A stretch of 64,000 nucleotides of DNA, from positions 640,001 through 704,000 of the forward strand of contig JBJMOW010000005.1 in the NCBI GenBank assembly GCA_045803545.1. Direction: 5' to 3'. This DNA is from Gemmatimonadaceae bacterium. Its GTDB lineage: Bacteria; Gemmatimonadota; Gemmatimonadetes; Gemmatimonadales; Gemmatimonadaceae. Of this stretch, positions 50,658-60,494 are shown one piece after another (the first letter of the stretch is position 1; each line of letters starts with the position of its first letter). Under the pieces are notes generated by a model that saw nothing but the letters and a program-made list of their open reading frames with translations, did not search any database and was not told the DNA's origin. Both the position numbers and the translations under genes were made by a program.

Positions 50658-52511
50658 TCAGCCCGCCCGTCTGAGCGGCTCTGCGTCGCCTGCCTGCAGT
50701 CGCCAGAGCGTGCTGTAAAGCCCGCCGTGCTCGAGTAGATCACGGTGCGTGCCGCGCTCGACGATCTCTCCGTGGTGAAGAACGAGAATCAGATCGGCGT
50801 TGGCGATGGTGCTGAGACGATGGGCCACTGCAATCGTGGTCCTGCCCGCGACCAGCTCGCTCAATGCGGCTTGAATTTCTGCCTCGATCTCGCTGTCGAC
50901 GGCGCTGGTCGCCTCGTCGAGAATGAGCAGGGGCGCGTTGGCGGCAATTGCGCGGGCGAAGGACAACAGCTGCCGCTCGCCAACGCTGATTGACGCGCCT
51001 CGCTCGGCGAGGACCTGTCGATAGCCCTGAGCGAAGCCGCGAATGATTCGGTCCGCACCAACCCGCTTCGCCGCGGTGGCCACTTCGTCGTCGCTCAGCG
51101 GATTCGAAAGTCGAATATTGGTGGTGACGTCGCCCGCGAACAGGAAAATGTCCTGCTGCACGTAGCCGATCAGCGCGCGCAGCTCGGCGAGCGGCATGTC
51201 TTTGATGTCGACGCCATTGATCGTGATCCGCCCACGTTGCGGATCATAGAATCGCATCAACAGGTTAACGATCGTCGTCTTTCCGGCACCGGTGTGGCCC
51301 ACGAGCGCGATCGTCTCGCCCGGTCGCGCAACGAAACTGACACCCTTGAGAACCCATTCAATGGGCACATTCTCCACCGGTGCTCCGTGCTTCTGTCGGG
51401 CCAGGTGAGCGAGATCATAAGCGAACCAGACGTCCTCGAAACGCACCTCGACGCCGCTGACGCGTTTCAGCACGCCGGTCGTTTGACCTCGATCCGGCAC
51501 GGACGGCACCGTGTCGAGTAGCGTGAAGATCCTTTCCGAGCTCGCCATCGCGGTCTGCAGAATGTTGTACTTCTCCGACAGGTCCTGCAGCGGCTGGAAG
51601 AATCGCCTTACGAGCTGAAGGAAGGCGGCGACGGTTCCGACCGTCAGAAGATTCGCATGGACACGCGACGCGCCCGCAACGATGAGGACCGCCAGCGCAA
51701 TCGAAGTCAGCAGCTCGATCGCGGGAAAGTACAGCGCATACACGGTGATCGACTTGAGTTGCGAGTCCAAATGCTCGCGATTGAGCTCGTCGAAACGGCG
51801 CGCCTCCCTGCCCTCCTGTCCAAAAAGCTGGACGATGCGCATGCCGGTGAGACGCTCCTGCATGAAAGCATTGATGCGAGCGATCCGGACGCGGATGTCG
51901 CGATAAGTCTCTCGTACGCCTTTTCGGAAGAGTCCCGATACCAGAACTACGAACGGAATTACAGCGAACGACCAGAGCGCCATCCGCCAATCCATGATCA
52001 GCATCGCGACGCTGATAGCAACGAGTGTGAACAAGTCGCCGAGGCCGGACACCACGCCCGAGGTGAAAAGCTCGTTGAGAGTCTCGACATCCGACGTCAC
52101 CCGGGTGATGAGTCGCCCCACGGGATTGCGATCGAAGTAAGTCACCGAGAGTCGCTGCAAATGACGGAATATTTCCATTCGCAGATCGCGCATCACTCGC
52201 TGACCGAGCAAGCTTGTCAGCCATGTCTGGCCATACGATGTAAGGAACTCGATAACGAGCGCGCCGAAGAAGAGCGCTGTGCAGATCACGACGGTATGTG
52301 CATCTCGCGCCGGCACTGCGACGTCGATTACACGACGCGTCAGCAATGGACCGACGACCTGGACACCGCCCTCGACGCAAAGGAGAGCAAAAGCGCTGTA
52401 CATCAGTGCGCGATACGGACGCGCATAAACCAACAGACGACGCATCAGTCGTCCGTCGTATGCCTTCCCTAAAACGTCGTCTTCGTGCGCGTGGGTTGCG
52501 GGTAAAGTCAT
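50658..52511 (-). CDS. ABC exporter, fused permease/ATPase (MdlB-like)
   Basis: TM domain followed by GHTGAGKTT, SVGERQLL, ILDEATS, AHRLST. Confidence 0.93.
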   Translation of the reverse strand: MTLPATHAHEDDVLGKAYDGRLMRRLLVYARPYRALMYSAFALLCVEGGVQVVGPLLTRRVIDVAVPARDAHTVVICTALFFGALVIEFLTSYGQTWLTSLLGQRVMRDLRMEIFRHLQRLSVTYFDRNPVGRLITRVTSDVETLNELFTSGVVSGLGDLFTLVAISVAMLIMDWRMALWSFAVIPFVVLVSGLFRKGVRETYRDIRVRIARINAFMQERLTGMRIVQLFGQEGREARRFDELNREHLDSQLKSITVYALYFPAIELLTSIALAVLIVAGASRVHANLLTVGTVAAFLQLVRRFFQPLQDLSEKYNILQTAMASSERIFTLLDTVPSVPDRGQTTGVLKRVSGVEVRFEDVWFAYDLAHLARQKHGAPVENVPIEWVLKGVSFVARPGETIALVGHTGAGKTTIVNLLMRFYDPQRGRITINGVDIKDMPLAELRALIGYVQQDIFLFAGDVTTNIRLSNPLSDDEVATAAKRVGADRIIRGFAQGYRQVLAERGASISVGERQLLSFARAIAANAPLLILDEATSAVDSEIEAEIQAALSELVAGRTTIAVAHRLSTIANADLILVLHHGEIVERGTHRDLLEHGGLYSTLWRLQAGDAEPLRRAG

Positions 52512-52642
52512 TGAGCCGTATCCTAGCCGTGTTGCAAGTGCGACGCTACGCCGCCAAGCCACCCATGGTACGCAGGTTGCACCTGCTCGGGGCACCGATG
52601 TTCCATCCTGTCGGCTGAAGAAAACACCACACTGGAGGGAAG

Positions 52643-52915
52643 ATGGGAATTCTCGCATGGATCGTTCTTGGCCTGATCGCCGGCGCGATCGCCAAGGCAA
52701 TCATGCCGGGCAATGATCCCGGCGGTATCGTCGTGACGATGATCATCGGAATCGTGGGCGCGTTCATTGGCGGTTTTCTGGGGAACATGCTCACTGGCGT
52801 TGGACTCAACGGCTTCTCGATTCAAAGCATCATCCTGGCAGTTGTCGGAGCGCTGATTCTCCTCTGGATTTATCGTATGGCCACCAGAGGACGCACGACG
52901 ACTCGCGTTCCGTAA
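52643..52915 (+). CDS. GlsB/YeaQ/YmgE family membrane protein
   Basis: WIVLGLIAGAIAKAIMPG.DPGG...GIVGAFIGG; GGAGG RBS. Confidence 0.9.
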   Translation: MGILAWIVLGLIAGAIAKAIMPGNDPGGIVVTMIIGIVGAFIGGFLGNMLTGVGLNGFSIQSIILAVVGALILLWIYRMATRGRTTTRVP

Positions 52916-52943
52916 AGCATCAACGTCTTAGCAGGACAAGGGT

Positions 52944-53207
52944 TTGCCGCTCTGGCTTTACTGGATACTGCTCGGCCTCGTTGCCGGAACACTGGCGAAG
53001 TTTCTGGTGCCAGGGCGGGACCCTTCTGGCTGTATCATCACCATTTTGCTTGGTATTGTCGGCGCCTTCATTGGCGGCTGGCTCGGCACTCGGTTTTTCG
53101 GCTGGGGCACGGTGACCGCCGGCGTCCTTGATTTCCGCTCGATTGGCATCGCCACCGTCGGAGCGATCGTTCTCCTCCTGCTGGGCAGACTCGTCCGACG
53201 TCTCTAG
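52944..53207 (+). CDS. GlsB/YeaQ/YmgE family membrane protein (second paralogue)
   Basis: WILLGLVAGTLAKFLVPGRDPSG...GIVGAFIGG; AGGA before TTG. Confidence 0.88.
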   Translation: MPLWLYWILLGLVAGTLAKFLVPGRDPSGCIITILLGIVGAFIGGWLGTRFFGWGTVTAGVLDFRSIGIATVGAIVLLLLGRLVRRL

Positions 53208-53211
53208 CGAG

Positions 53212-53328
53212 TGAGGCGTTCGGACCAACTACCAGTCCGGAGTGCGGATTAATTGAGGAGCTCGGAAATCCGCCATCCCTCACCTAATCCGAACTCCGCT
53301 GGTCTGGCAGTTTTGTCCGAACGCCTCA
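53212..53328. other. 117-nt imperfect inverted repeat (candidate ncRNA or MITE)
   Basis: tgaggcgttcggac/gtccgaacgcctca forms a 14-bp terminal stem, with nested aact/agtt, ccag/ctgg, cggagt/actccg, cggatta/taatccg and tgagg/cctca. Confidence 0.75.
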
Positions 53329-53392
53329 ATCGTCCCATACAGCCGAGCTCGGAATTTCGGCCGCTGTTCGGTGCGACGTTTACATTTCACCT

Positions 53393-56290
53393 GTGAAAGA
53401 CAGTCTGATCGTCCGCGGAGCGCGACAGCACAACCTTAAAGGATTCGATGTCGAAATCCCGCGGCGCACGGTGACGGTCGTCACTGGGCCGTCGGGTTCG
53501 GGAAAGTCGTCGCTGGCGTTTGATACGATCTACGCCGAAGGACAACGACGTTACGTAGAGTCGCTGTCATCGTACGCGAGGCAGTTCCTGGAGCGGATGG
53601 AAAAACCCGACGTCGATCTCGTTGAAGGTCTATCACCCGCCGTCGCGATCGAGCAGCAAAACCCGACCAAGACTTCGCGATCGACTGTCGGCACCGCGAC
53701 GGAGATCTACGATTATCTCCGCCTGTTGTGGGCGCGCGTAGGTCACACGTTTTGTCCGAACTGCGGTCGCGAGATCAAGCCTGACACAGTTCAGTCGGTA
53801 ACGGACAGCGTGATGAAGCTGCCCGAAGGCGTGCGGTTCTACCTTACCTTTCCGCTGCGGCTCTCCAACAAAGTCACCCACGACGTAGTCGTTGAGAATC
53901 TGCGCGCGCAGGGTTTTCTCCGCGTCGCTCTCGACAATGTCGTGTTCCATCTCGACGAGCTCGCGCAATCGAAGCGCGATCTCACTCGCGCGAAAGAAGT
54001 GCTGGTCGTTGTCGATCGGCTTTCAGTTTCACCAGAAAGTGCGGGCCGCCTGAGTGATGCGATCGGCACTGCATTCACCGAAGGCGAGGGCGACTGCGTC
54101 GTCCTGCTCACCGACGAGGTCGCATCTCCGATCGATGGGAGTCCGGTTCTAAAGCTTCGGTTTACCGAACGGTTCGAATGTCCGAACGACGGTTCGGTCG
54201 TTCCAGCGCCGACTCCTCAGCTTTTTTCGTTCAATAATCCTCGCGGCGCCTGCTCTCAATGCAACGGGTTCGGCGCGATCCTCGAGTACGACGAGTCGCT
54301 CGTCGTTCCCTACCCGACGCGTTCTCTGCGCGATGGCGCCATCGATCCGTGGACCAAGCCGCGATACGACAACAAGCGGCGCCAGCTCGCGGAGTTCGCC
54401 AAGCGCGAGCGGATTCCAATGGACAAGGCGTGGGAAAACCTCAACTCTCAACACCGCCAGCTGCTGCTCCATTCTCGTACGCGCGGCTACAAGGGAATCT
54501 TCCCCTTCCTGAAGGATCTCGAGGACAAGCGCTACAAGCAGTACATCCGCGTTTTCCTCCGTCAGTATCAAACAGCGCAGGAATGTCCGCGCTGTCATGG
54601 CACCAAGCTCCAGCCGGAAGCGCTCAACGTGCGGGTCGGCGGTCTCAACATCGCCCAGGTCGCTGATATGGCGGTCGACAAGCTTCTCCTCTGGCTCAGC
54701 GATCTCAAGCTCACCGCGTTCGAACGGCAAATCGCTGTGATGATCCTCAAGGAAGCGCGCGATCGGGTCGCATTCCTTTGCGACGTAGGACTCAGCTACC
54801 TATCGATGAATCGCGCCACGCGGACACTCTCCGGCGGTGAAGCGCAGCGTATTGGCCTCGCGAATTCACTCGGGTCGCAGCTTGTCGACACCCTGTATGT
54901 GCTGGACGAGCCTTCCATCGGGTTGCATTCGCGCGACATGGATCGGTTGCTGAAGCTGCTGAAGCGACTGCGCGACTCCGGAAACAGCGTCCTCGTCGTC
55001 GAGCACGATCTCGCTGCGATCGAGATGGCTGACTACATGGTCGAGCTCGGACCGGGCAGCGGCGAAGCCGGTGGCCATATTGTGTTCGCCGGACCGATGT
55101 CGCGCATCGCTGAGAGTCCGCTGACCGGACAGTACGTGACAGGCAGGCGCTCTATCCCGCTTCCGGAAGATCGTCGCCGACTCGGACCGCGCTGGATAAC
55201 TCTGAGCGGCGCGCGCGAGCACAACCTGAAAAACGTCGACGTGCGCATTCCGATCGGCGCGCTCACGGTTGTGACCGGCGTCTCGGGATCCGGAAAGAGT
55301 ACGCTCGTGCACGACGTTCTTTATCGTGCATTGGAGACGCATCTCGTCGGCGAGCACAGCGCCAAGATCCATCTTGGAGAGCGCGTCGGCGAGTACGACA
55401 CCATCACCGGGTTCGATGCGCTCGACGATGTAGTGCTCATCGATCAAAGTCCAATTGGGAAATCACCGCGCTCGAATCCGGTCACGTACGTCAAAGCGTT
55501 CGACGAGGTCCGGAATATTTTCGCCGACACTCCGCTCGCACGGCAGCGGAAGTACAGCGCCGGGACATTCAGCTTCAATGTGAGCGGTGGAAGATGCGAG
55601 GCGTGTGAGGGCGCTGGTGCCCTCGAAGTCGAAATGGTCTTCATGGCCGACGTCTATGTGCCGTGCGAAGACTGCGGCGGAAAGCGCTACAAGCCCGAGG
55701 TGCTCGATGTCAGGGTGCGTGGAAAGAACATCTACGAAGTACTGAACCTGACCGTCGATCAGGCGATTCGATTTTTCCCGCGCGAAGAGAAACTCGGCCA
55801 GGCACTTTGGCAGCTGCAGCAAGTGGGACTCGGCTATTTGCGACTCGGTCAGCCGGCGACGACCCTTTCCGGCGGCGAGGCGCAGCGGATCAAGGTCGCG
55901 CGCGAGCTGACCCAGGCAGGCAAGAAATCAGGCCGCAAGATGTACGTGATGGACGAGCCCACTACGGGTCTGCACCTCGAGGACATCCGCAAGCTGGCGA
56001 AAGTGTTCGACCGCCTGCTCGAGCAGGGTCACACTCTGGTGTTGATCGAGCACAATCTCGATGTGATCAAGCTCGCTGACTGGATTGTCGATCTCGGGCC
56101 GGAAGGCGGTGTCGGAGGAGGCGAGGTCGTCGCGATGGGCCGACCGGAAGACATCGTCAAGGTTGAAGAGTCTCACACCGGACGTTGGCTCGGCCCCCTG
56201 CTGCAGCCGCGCAAGAATTCTCCATCCATATCGCCGCGGGTCGACTTCGATCGCACCGCTGAGGACGCCGCCCGCCAGCTCGCGCTTTAG
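53393..56290 (+). CDS. uvrA: Excinuclease ABC subunit A
   Basis: [29 protein letters not shown], Zn fingers, two LSGGEAQR signatures. Confidence 0.97.
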   Translation: MKDSLIVRGARQHNLKGFDVEIPRRTVTVVTGPSGSGKSSLAFDTIYAEGQRRYVESLSSYARQFLERMEKPDVDLVEGLSPAVAIEQQNPTKTSRSTVGTATEIYDYLRLLWARVGHTFCPNCGREIKPDTVQSVTDSVMKLPEGVRFYLTFPLRLSNKVTHDVVVENLRAQGFLRVALDNVVFHLDELAQSKRDLTRAKEVLVVVDRLSVSPESAGRLSDAIGTAFTEGEGDCVVLLTDEVASPIDGSPVLKLRFTERFECPNDGSVVPAPTPQLFSFNNPRGACSQCNGFGAILEYDESLVVPYPTRSLRDGAIDPWTKPRYDNKRRQLAEFAKRERIPMDKAWENLNSQHRQLLLHSRTRGYKGIFPFLKDLEDKRYKQYIRVFLRQYQTAQECPRCHGTKLQPEALNVRVGGLNIAQVADMAVDKLLLWLSDLKLTAFERQIAVMILKEARDRVAFLCDVGLSYLSMNRATRTLSGGEAQRIGLANSLGSQLVDTLYVLDEPSIGLHSRDMDRLLKLLKRLRDSGNSVLVVEHDLAAIEMADYMVELGPGSGEAGGHIVFAGPMSRIAESPLTGQYVTGRRSIPLPEDRRRLGPRWITLSGAREHNLKNVDVRIPIGALTVVTGVSGSGKSTLVHDVLYRALETHLVGEHSAKIHLGERVGEYDTITGFDALDDVVLIDQSPIGKSPRSNPVTYVKAFDEVRNIFADTPLARQRKYSAGTFSFNVSGGRCEACEGAGALEVEMVFMADVYVPCEDCGGKRYKPEVLDVRVRGKNIYEVLNLTVDQAIRFFPREEKLGQALWQLQQVGLGYLRLGQPATTLSGGEAQRIKVARELTQAGKKSGRKMYVMDEPTTGLHLEDIRKLAKVFDRLLEQGHTLVLIEHNLDVIKLADWIVDLGPEGGVGGGEVVAMGRPEDIVKVEESHTGRWLGPLLQPRKNSPSISPRVDFDRTAEDAARQLAL

Positions 56291-56293
56291 GCG

Positions 56294-57097
56294 TTAGCGT
56301 TTTTCCTGCGCCATTCGTGCGACCTTCGTTACGAGATCGCGCGGGAAAAACCGATGACTGGCCGCGACCAGCTTGTTCCTGGCGCCGGGGATCGCAACGC
56401 GCTTTCCCTGCATCATCGCCTGATAACCGAACTCGGCAACACTGGCAGCATCTGCCACGCCGAATAGCGTGAACAATCGCGAGTGCCCGACTTTCGCTGT
56501 CGTGGCAAAATCCGTTTTGGTGGGTCCGGGACAGAGCGCGGTGACCGTCACACCGCTTTCTCGCAACTCCTCGGCGAGTGCCTCGGAGAAACTGAGGACA
56601 TACGCCTTGCTCGCGTAGTATACGGACATCAGTGGTCCGGGCTGAAATGCCGCCGTCGAAGCGACATTCAGAATCCTTCCCGATCTGCGTTTGATCATCG
56701 CCGGCAGGAACAGCTTGGTCAGCTGTGTTAGAGCTGCGATGTTGACCTGAATCATCTCCAGCTCGCGCTCGAGATCCGTGTCCACGAATTCGCCGCCAAG
56801 ACCAAAGCCGGCATTGTTGACGAGAATCTCGATCGGGATGTTCTCGTTGCGCAGAAAATCGGAGATCGCCTGGGGCGCTTCCTGACGGCGCAGGTCGGCT
56901 GCGAAGACATGGGCTGTGATCTTGAATTTGCCTTCCAGCTGTCCGGCCGCTGCTTCGAGAGTGTCCCGTTTTCTCGCGACGAGAACGATATCGAAGCCTT
57001 TGCGAGCGAGAACTTTTGCGAGCTCCAGCCCAATTCCGCCCGAGCCGCCGGTGATGAGCGCGGTTCGTCGCGGGGCGCCGTTCGAGTTTGTAGGCAT
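56294..57097 (-). CDS. Short-chain dehydrogenase/reductase
   Basis: TGGSGGIG, NNAG, YYASK, CPGPT. Confidence 0.93.
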   Translation of the reverse strand: MPTNSNGAPRRTALITGGSGGIGLELAKVLARKGFDIVLVARKRDTLEAAAGQLEGKFKITAHVFAADLRRQEAPQAISDFLRNENIPIEILVNNAGFGLGGEFVDTDLERELEMIQVNIAALTQLTKLFLPAMIKRRSGRILNVASTAAFQPGPLMSVYYASKAYVLSFSEALAEELRESGVTVTALCPGPTKTDFATTAKVGHSRLFTLFGVADAASVAEFGYQAMMQGKRVAIPGARNKLVAASHRFFPRDLVTKVARMAQEKR

Positions 57098-57157
57098 GAG
57101 TGTGTAGAATGGATGGAAATACGGGAGAATCAACCCGTGAGCAGCGCGATGCCTCGG

Positions 57158-57186
57158 TTGATTCAACAGTGATACTCGGCTAATTT
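57158..57186 (+). promoter_or_regulatory. Putative sigma70 promoter of tRNA-Asn
   Basis: TTGATT-17 nt-TAATTT, ending 10 nt before the tRNA. Confidence 0.6.
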
Positions 57187-57196
57187 TCGTTGCTAT

Positions 57197-57269
57197 TCCC
57201 GAGTAGCTCAGGTGGTAGAGCAGGTGACTGTTAATCACCGGGTCGGGGGTTCGAGTCCCTCCTCGGGAG
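57197..57269 (+). tRNA. tRNA-Asn(GTT), CCA not encoded
   Basis: TCCCGAG acceptor stem, anticodon arm GGTGA-CTGTTAA-TCACC, T loop TTCGAGT. Confidence 0.97.
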
Positions 57270-57299
57270 CTGTCATAAGACCCAAATCGCAAAAACAAG

Positions 57300-57331
57300 A
57301 ACGGGCACCTCTGGGTGCCCGTTTTTCGTTT
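57300..57331 (+). terminator. Rho-independent terminator after tRNA-Asn
   Basis: aacgggcacc-tctg-ggtgcccgtt followed by tttcgttt. Confidence 0.85.
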
Positions 57332-57346
57332 CGAGCCCTCTGAGAG

Positions 57347-58045
57347 CTACTGCCGGACGAGGTTGAAGTCGATTTCCAGTTTGATCGAGTCGGCGACGCT
57401 GAGTAGCACCGGCACCCGCGGCTGATCCATCTGAATGTCCTGGAAGGTGAACGCAGTGGCGGCCGTTCCGGTCAGGCCGCTGTTGTTGAACTCGACGGTG
57501 CCATTCCAGGTCGTTGGACGCGTCACGCCATGAACGGTCAGGTCCCCGAGCAGCTGGACCCGGGCTGAGCCCGATTTCGGCACTGGTGGCTTGATGCCCC
57601 GAACTTCCGTCGGAACGAAGGTGATCGTCGGGTAGTCGTCGGACTCGAGCAATCGTCCGCGCACGTAACCGTCACGGCGATTCTGGTCGCTGACGAAAGT
57701 GCCCGCCTCGAGCGTGAACTTCGATTCGTCGCGAACGACTTTACCGTTGGCGTCGAACGCAATCGTGCCAGTCAGACTCTTGGTCTCGCCGACGGCGTCA
57801 TTTGGAAAGTCGTGGCCCATCAACTGCTCCCTCACGCGATAACGCGCGGCGCTGCCCGACGGAGCAAGCACGAAGCGAATCGCGGCCTTGCTTGGCGAAG
57901 CTTTTACCGATGTGGTGTTCCGGCTGACGGTCGTGTCCCGCGCCCGGGCGAAGGCAATCTCCGACTTGCCGCCGGTGCACGCGGCGACGATAGCCGCCGA
58001 GACAGCAACGATCATCGACGCGCGCCTGATCGATTGGTTGCTCAT
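57347..58045 (-). CDS. YceI family lipoprotein
   Basis: VAAC lipobox; ARYRVRE, SDQNRRD, YPTITF, GDLTVHGVTRP. Confidence 0.88.
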   Translation of the reverse strand: MSNQSIRRASMIVAVSAAIVAACTGGKSEIAFARARDTTVSRNTTSVKASPSKAAIRFVLAPSGSAARYRVREQLMGHDFPNDAVGETKSLTGTIAFDANGKVVRDESKFTLEAGTFVSDQNRRDGYVRGRLLESDDYPTITFVPTEVRGIKPPVPKSGSARVQLLGDLTVHGVTRPTTWNGTVEFNNSGLTGTAATAFTFQDIQMDQPRVPVLLSVADSIKLEIDFNLVRQ

Positions 58046-58188
58046 GAAGTTCCGTTCCTCGCTGGTCGGTTGAGATGCGACCGACATTCGTTGCCGGCCA
58101 CCCTCAGAGATTACCAGCCAATTACGAAAAACGGATCGCTTTTGTTGTGAGATGCACTGTGCAGTCATGAACTGCGCCACGCTGCCTT

Positions 58189-59064
58189 TCAACGCCGGGC
58201 GCCCAAACCGGCCACCACACCGCGCATGAACGAAAAGGACTGCCGCATGCCGGGCATCGGATTATCGGGGTCGATCTCGTACTCGAGATTTATGTAACCA
58301 GCGTAATCAACAGCGCGGAGCTGTTGGAAGATTTCCGCGATGGGGATCTTTCCTTCCCCGACAACGCACTGGCTCTCAGCGCTTTTGAAATCGCGCAGAT
58401 CCTTGGCGTGCATGTCGTGGACGCGCGAGCGTGCATCAGCGATCGCCTGTACGGGGTCCGTCCCCGCTCGAACCGTGTGGCCGAGGTCGATGCAGAGGCC
58501 CATGCGGGGATCCATTCCTTTGACTGCTTTAAGCACATCGTAAGGCGAAGGAAAATTCTCGTCCTCGGGGCCGTGATTGTGCACCGCGATTTTGATGTCG
58601 TATTCCCGAGCGAACTTCTCGATTCGCGGGAGGACGGCCGGTTTGCAGGTGCAGACAATCGTGGGCATGCCGGCTGCTCTCGCGTAATCGAAATACTTTT
58701 TGACCCCTTCGTCGGTGTCGGTCTCGAAGGTGATGGTGCCGCCGCCAACCAATTGCAGCCCCGCGGCCGCCAGCTCTGATTTGGCGGTGGCAAACTCGGC
58801 GGCCGACGCGTCGTACGGCAAATGCACCGACTTGAAGTTGATGTAGCGCGCTCCCAGCGAGCGCGTCATCTCGATTGCCTGCTCGCGTGAGAAATTGCGG
58901 AGCGAATAGCTCGCGATCCCGAGCTTGAGCGGCTCAGCCTGGATCCTCAGCGCAGCAACTGAGTCAATCAGCATTTGTGCACGGGCTTTAGTTGGACCGG
59001 CCAATACGGTTGCAGCTGTCGCAGTGGTTATGAACTGTCTGCGTGAAATCGGATGCTCCATCAT
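58189..59064 (-). CDS. Tat-exported xylose-isomerase-like TIM-barrel (sugar phosphate isomerase/epimerase family)
   Basis: SRRQFI Tat motif; AVHNHGPED, DLGH, MHAKD, LEYE. Confidence 0.88.
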   Translation of the reverse strand: MMEHPISRRQFITTATAATVLAGPTKARAQMLIDSVAALRIQAEPLKLGIASYSLRNFSREQAIEMTRSLGARYINFKSVHLPYDASAAEFATAKSELAAAGLQLVGGGTITFETDTDEGVKKYFDYARAAGMPTIVCTCKPAVLPRIEKFAREYDIKIAVHNHGPEDENFPSPYDVLKAVKGMDPRMGLCIDLGHTVRAGTDPVQAIADARSRVHDMHAKDLRDFKSAESQCVVGEGKIPIAEIFQQLRAVDYAGYINLEYEIDPDNPMPGMRQSFSFMRGVVAGLGARR

Positions 59065-60494
59065 TTGCTCCTCGAGTCCTCGTCGATTCGGTATGCGCGC
59101 TTCGCCAGATCATAGGCGAGTAGGCGCGCCATCTCTCGGGCGTCGGTAATACTGACGGTGTGCTTTGCGACCAAGCCCGCCACATAATTTGCGTCGACGC
59201 GTCGTGATAAATCGTGACGCGCCGGAATCGAGCAGAACGCGCGGGTGTCATCAGTAAAGCCGGCAGTGTTCTCGATACCTGCGGTCCCGGTAGTCTCGCG
59301 CCGAAAGCGCGCCATGCCTTCGATCGAATCGTGGAACCACCATGGCGCGCCGAGTAGCATCGCGGGATAGTGTCCAGCGAGCGGCGCTAGCTCACGACTA
59401 TAGGCGGATTCATCAAGGGTGAACACGATCAGTCTGAAGCGCGGATCATTTCCGTAAGTGTTGAGCAGTTGGCGAAGATTGCGAGTGAACTCCGTCGCAA
59501 CCGGAATGTCGCCACCCCGATCAGGACCGTATCGTTTGTATACCAGTTCATTGTGATTCCGCAACGCGCCGGCGTGCAGCTGCATCACCAGCCCGTCTTC
59601 GGACGACAGGGCCGCCATCTCCATCAGCATGTGCGACTCAAACCGTGACTGGTCGTGCCGGTTCGCCTTCCCTTCCACTGCGCGAGCAAAAATTCGCTCG
59701 ACGTCATTGTCGGGGAGCCGCTCGGAGTGAGGAGTGACAACGCCATGATCTGTCGCTGTCCCGCCGGCATCCTTGAATTCAGCTCGGCGTTTCCTGATGC
59801 CGTTGATGAAGTCACTGTACCTCTCGATCCCGCGGCGGCTCACCTCGGCGAAGCGCTTTAGCACTTTGATCCAATCGGCGGACCCGATCGCAAATAGCGC
59901 GTCCGGACGAAAGGTGGGTACGATCCGCGTACCGAGATTCCCCGCACGCAGTGTTGCGTGCGATTGGAGTGAGTCGGTCGCGCCATCAGTGGTGGCCAGA
60001 AACTCGATATTGAATCGCTTCAACAGCGCCTGCGGGCGGAATTCCGGCGACTGAAGTCGCTCAGCGATCGCATCGTAAATTTCGCCGGCCGAATCCGCGC
60101 TTAGAGGTCTGTCGATACCGAACACGTCGTGCAGCTCATACTCGATCCAGGCGTGCGTTGGCGTCGCCCGGAACATGTGCCAGTGCTCAGCGAAGGTTCG
60201 CCAGATCTTTTTGGGATCGGTCTCCACCGCGGCCGTAGTGTCGTCGAGCCGTCGCACTCCCACTGACTCGAGCGATACGCCACGCGAGTAAAGAAGTCGC
60301 AGGATGTAATGATCCGGCGTGACAAGCAGAGACGCGGGATCGGCGAACGGTTCGTTGGCCGCCAGCATGGCGGCGTCGACGTGTCCGTGCGGCGAAACGA
60401 TCGGCAGCGCGCGCGTACTCTCGTACAGCTCGCGCGCCAAACCTCTGGTTGTTGGATCAGGATCGAAATATCGATCCTCGTGGAATTCGGTCAC
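59061..60494 (-). CDS. uxaC: Glucuronate isomerase
   Basis: SPHGHVD, PDHY, PTFRPD, MQLHAG, GAPWWFHDS, GFTDDTRAFCSIPARHD. Confidence 0.95.
   Translation of the reverse strand: MTEFHEDRYFDPDPTTRGLARELYESTRALPIVSPHGHVDAAMLAANEPFADPASLLVTPDHYILRLLYSRGVSLESVGVRRLDDTTAAVETDPKKIWRTFAEHWHMFRATPTHAWIEYELHDVFGIDRPLSADSAGEIYDAIAERLQSPEFRPQALLKRFNIEFLATTDGATDSLQSHATLRAGNLGTRIVPTFRPDALFAIGSADWIKVLKRFAEVSRRGIERYSDFINGIRKRRAEFKDAGGTATDHGVVTPHSERLPDNDVERIFARAVEGKANRHDQSRFESHMLMEMAALSSEDGLVMQLHAGALRNHNELVYKRYGPDRGGDIPVATEFTRNLRQLLNTYGNDPRFRLIVFTLDESAYSRELAPLAGHYPAMLLGAPWWFHDSIEGMARFRRETTGTAGIENTAGFTDDTRAFCSIPARHDLSRRVDANYVAGLVAKHTVSITDAREMARLLAYDLAKRAYRIDEDSRSK

Noticed and set aside
53212..53328. Integron attC site, SRP RNA or 6S RNA
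   Set aside because: No RYYYAAC/GTTRRRY ends, no SRP domain IV motif, and it is shorter than 6S with no large central bubble. Kept as an unassigned structure.
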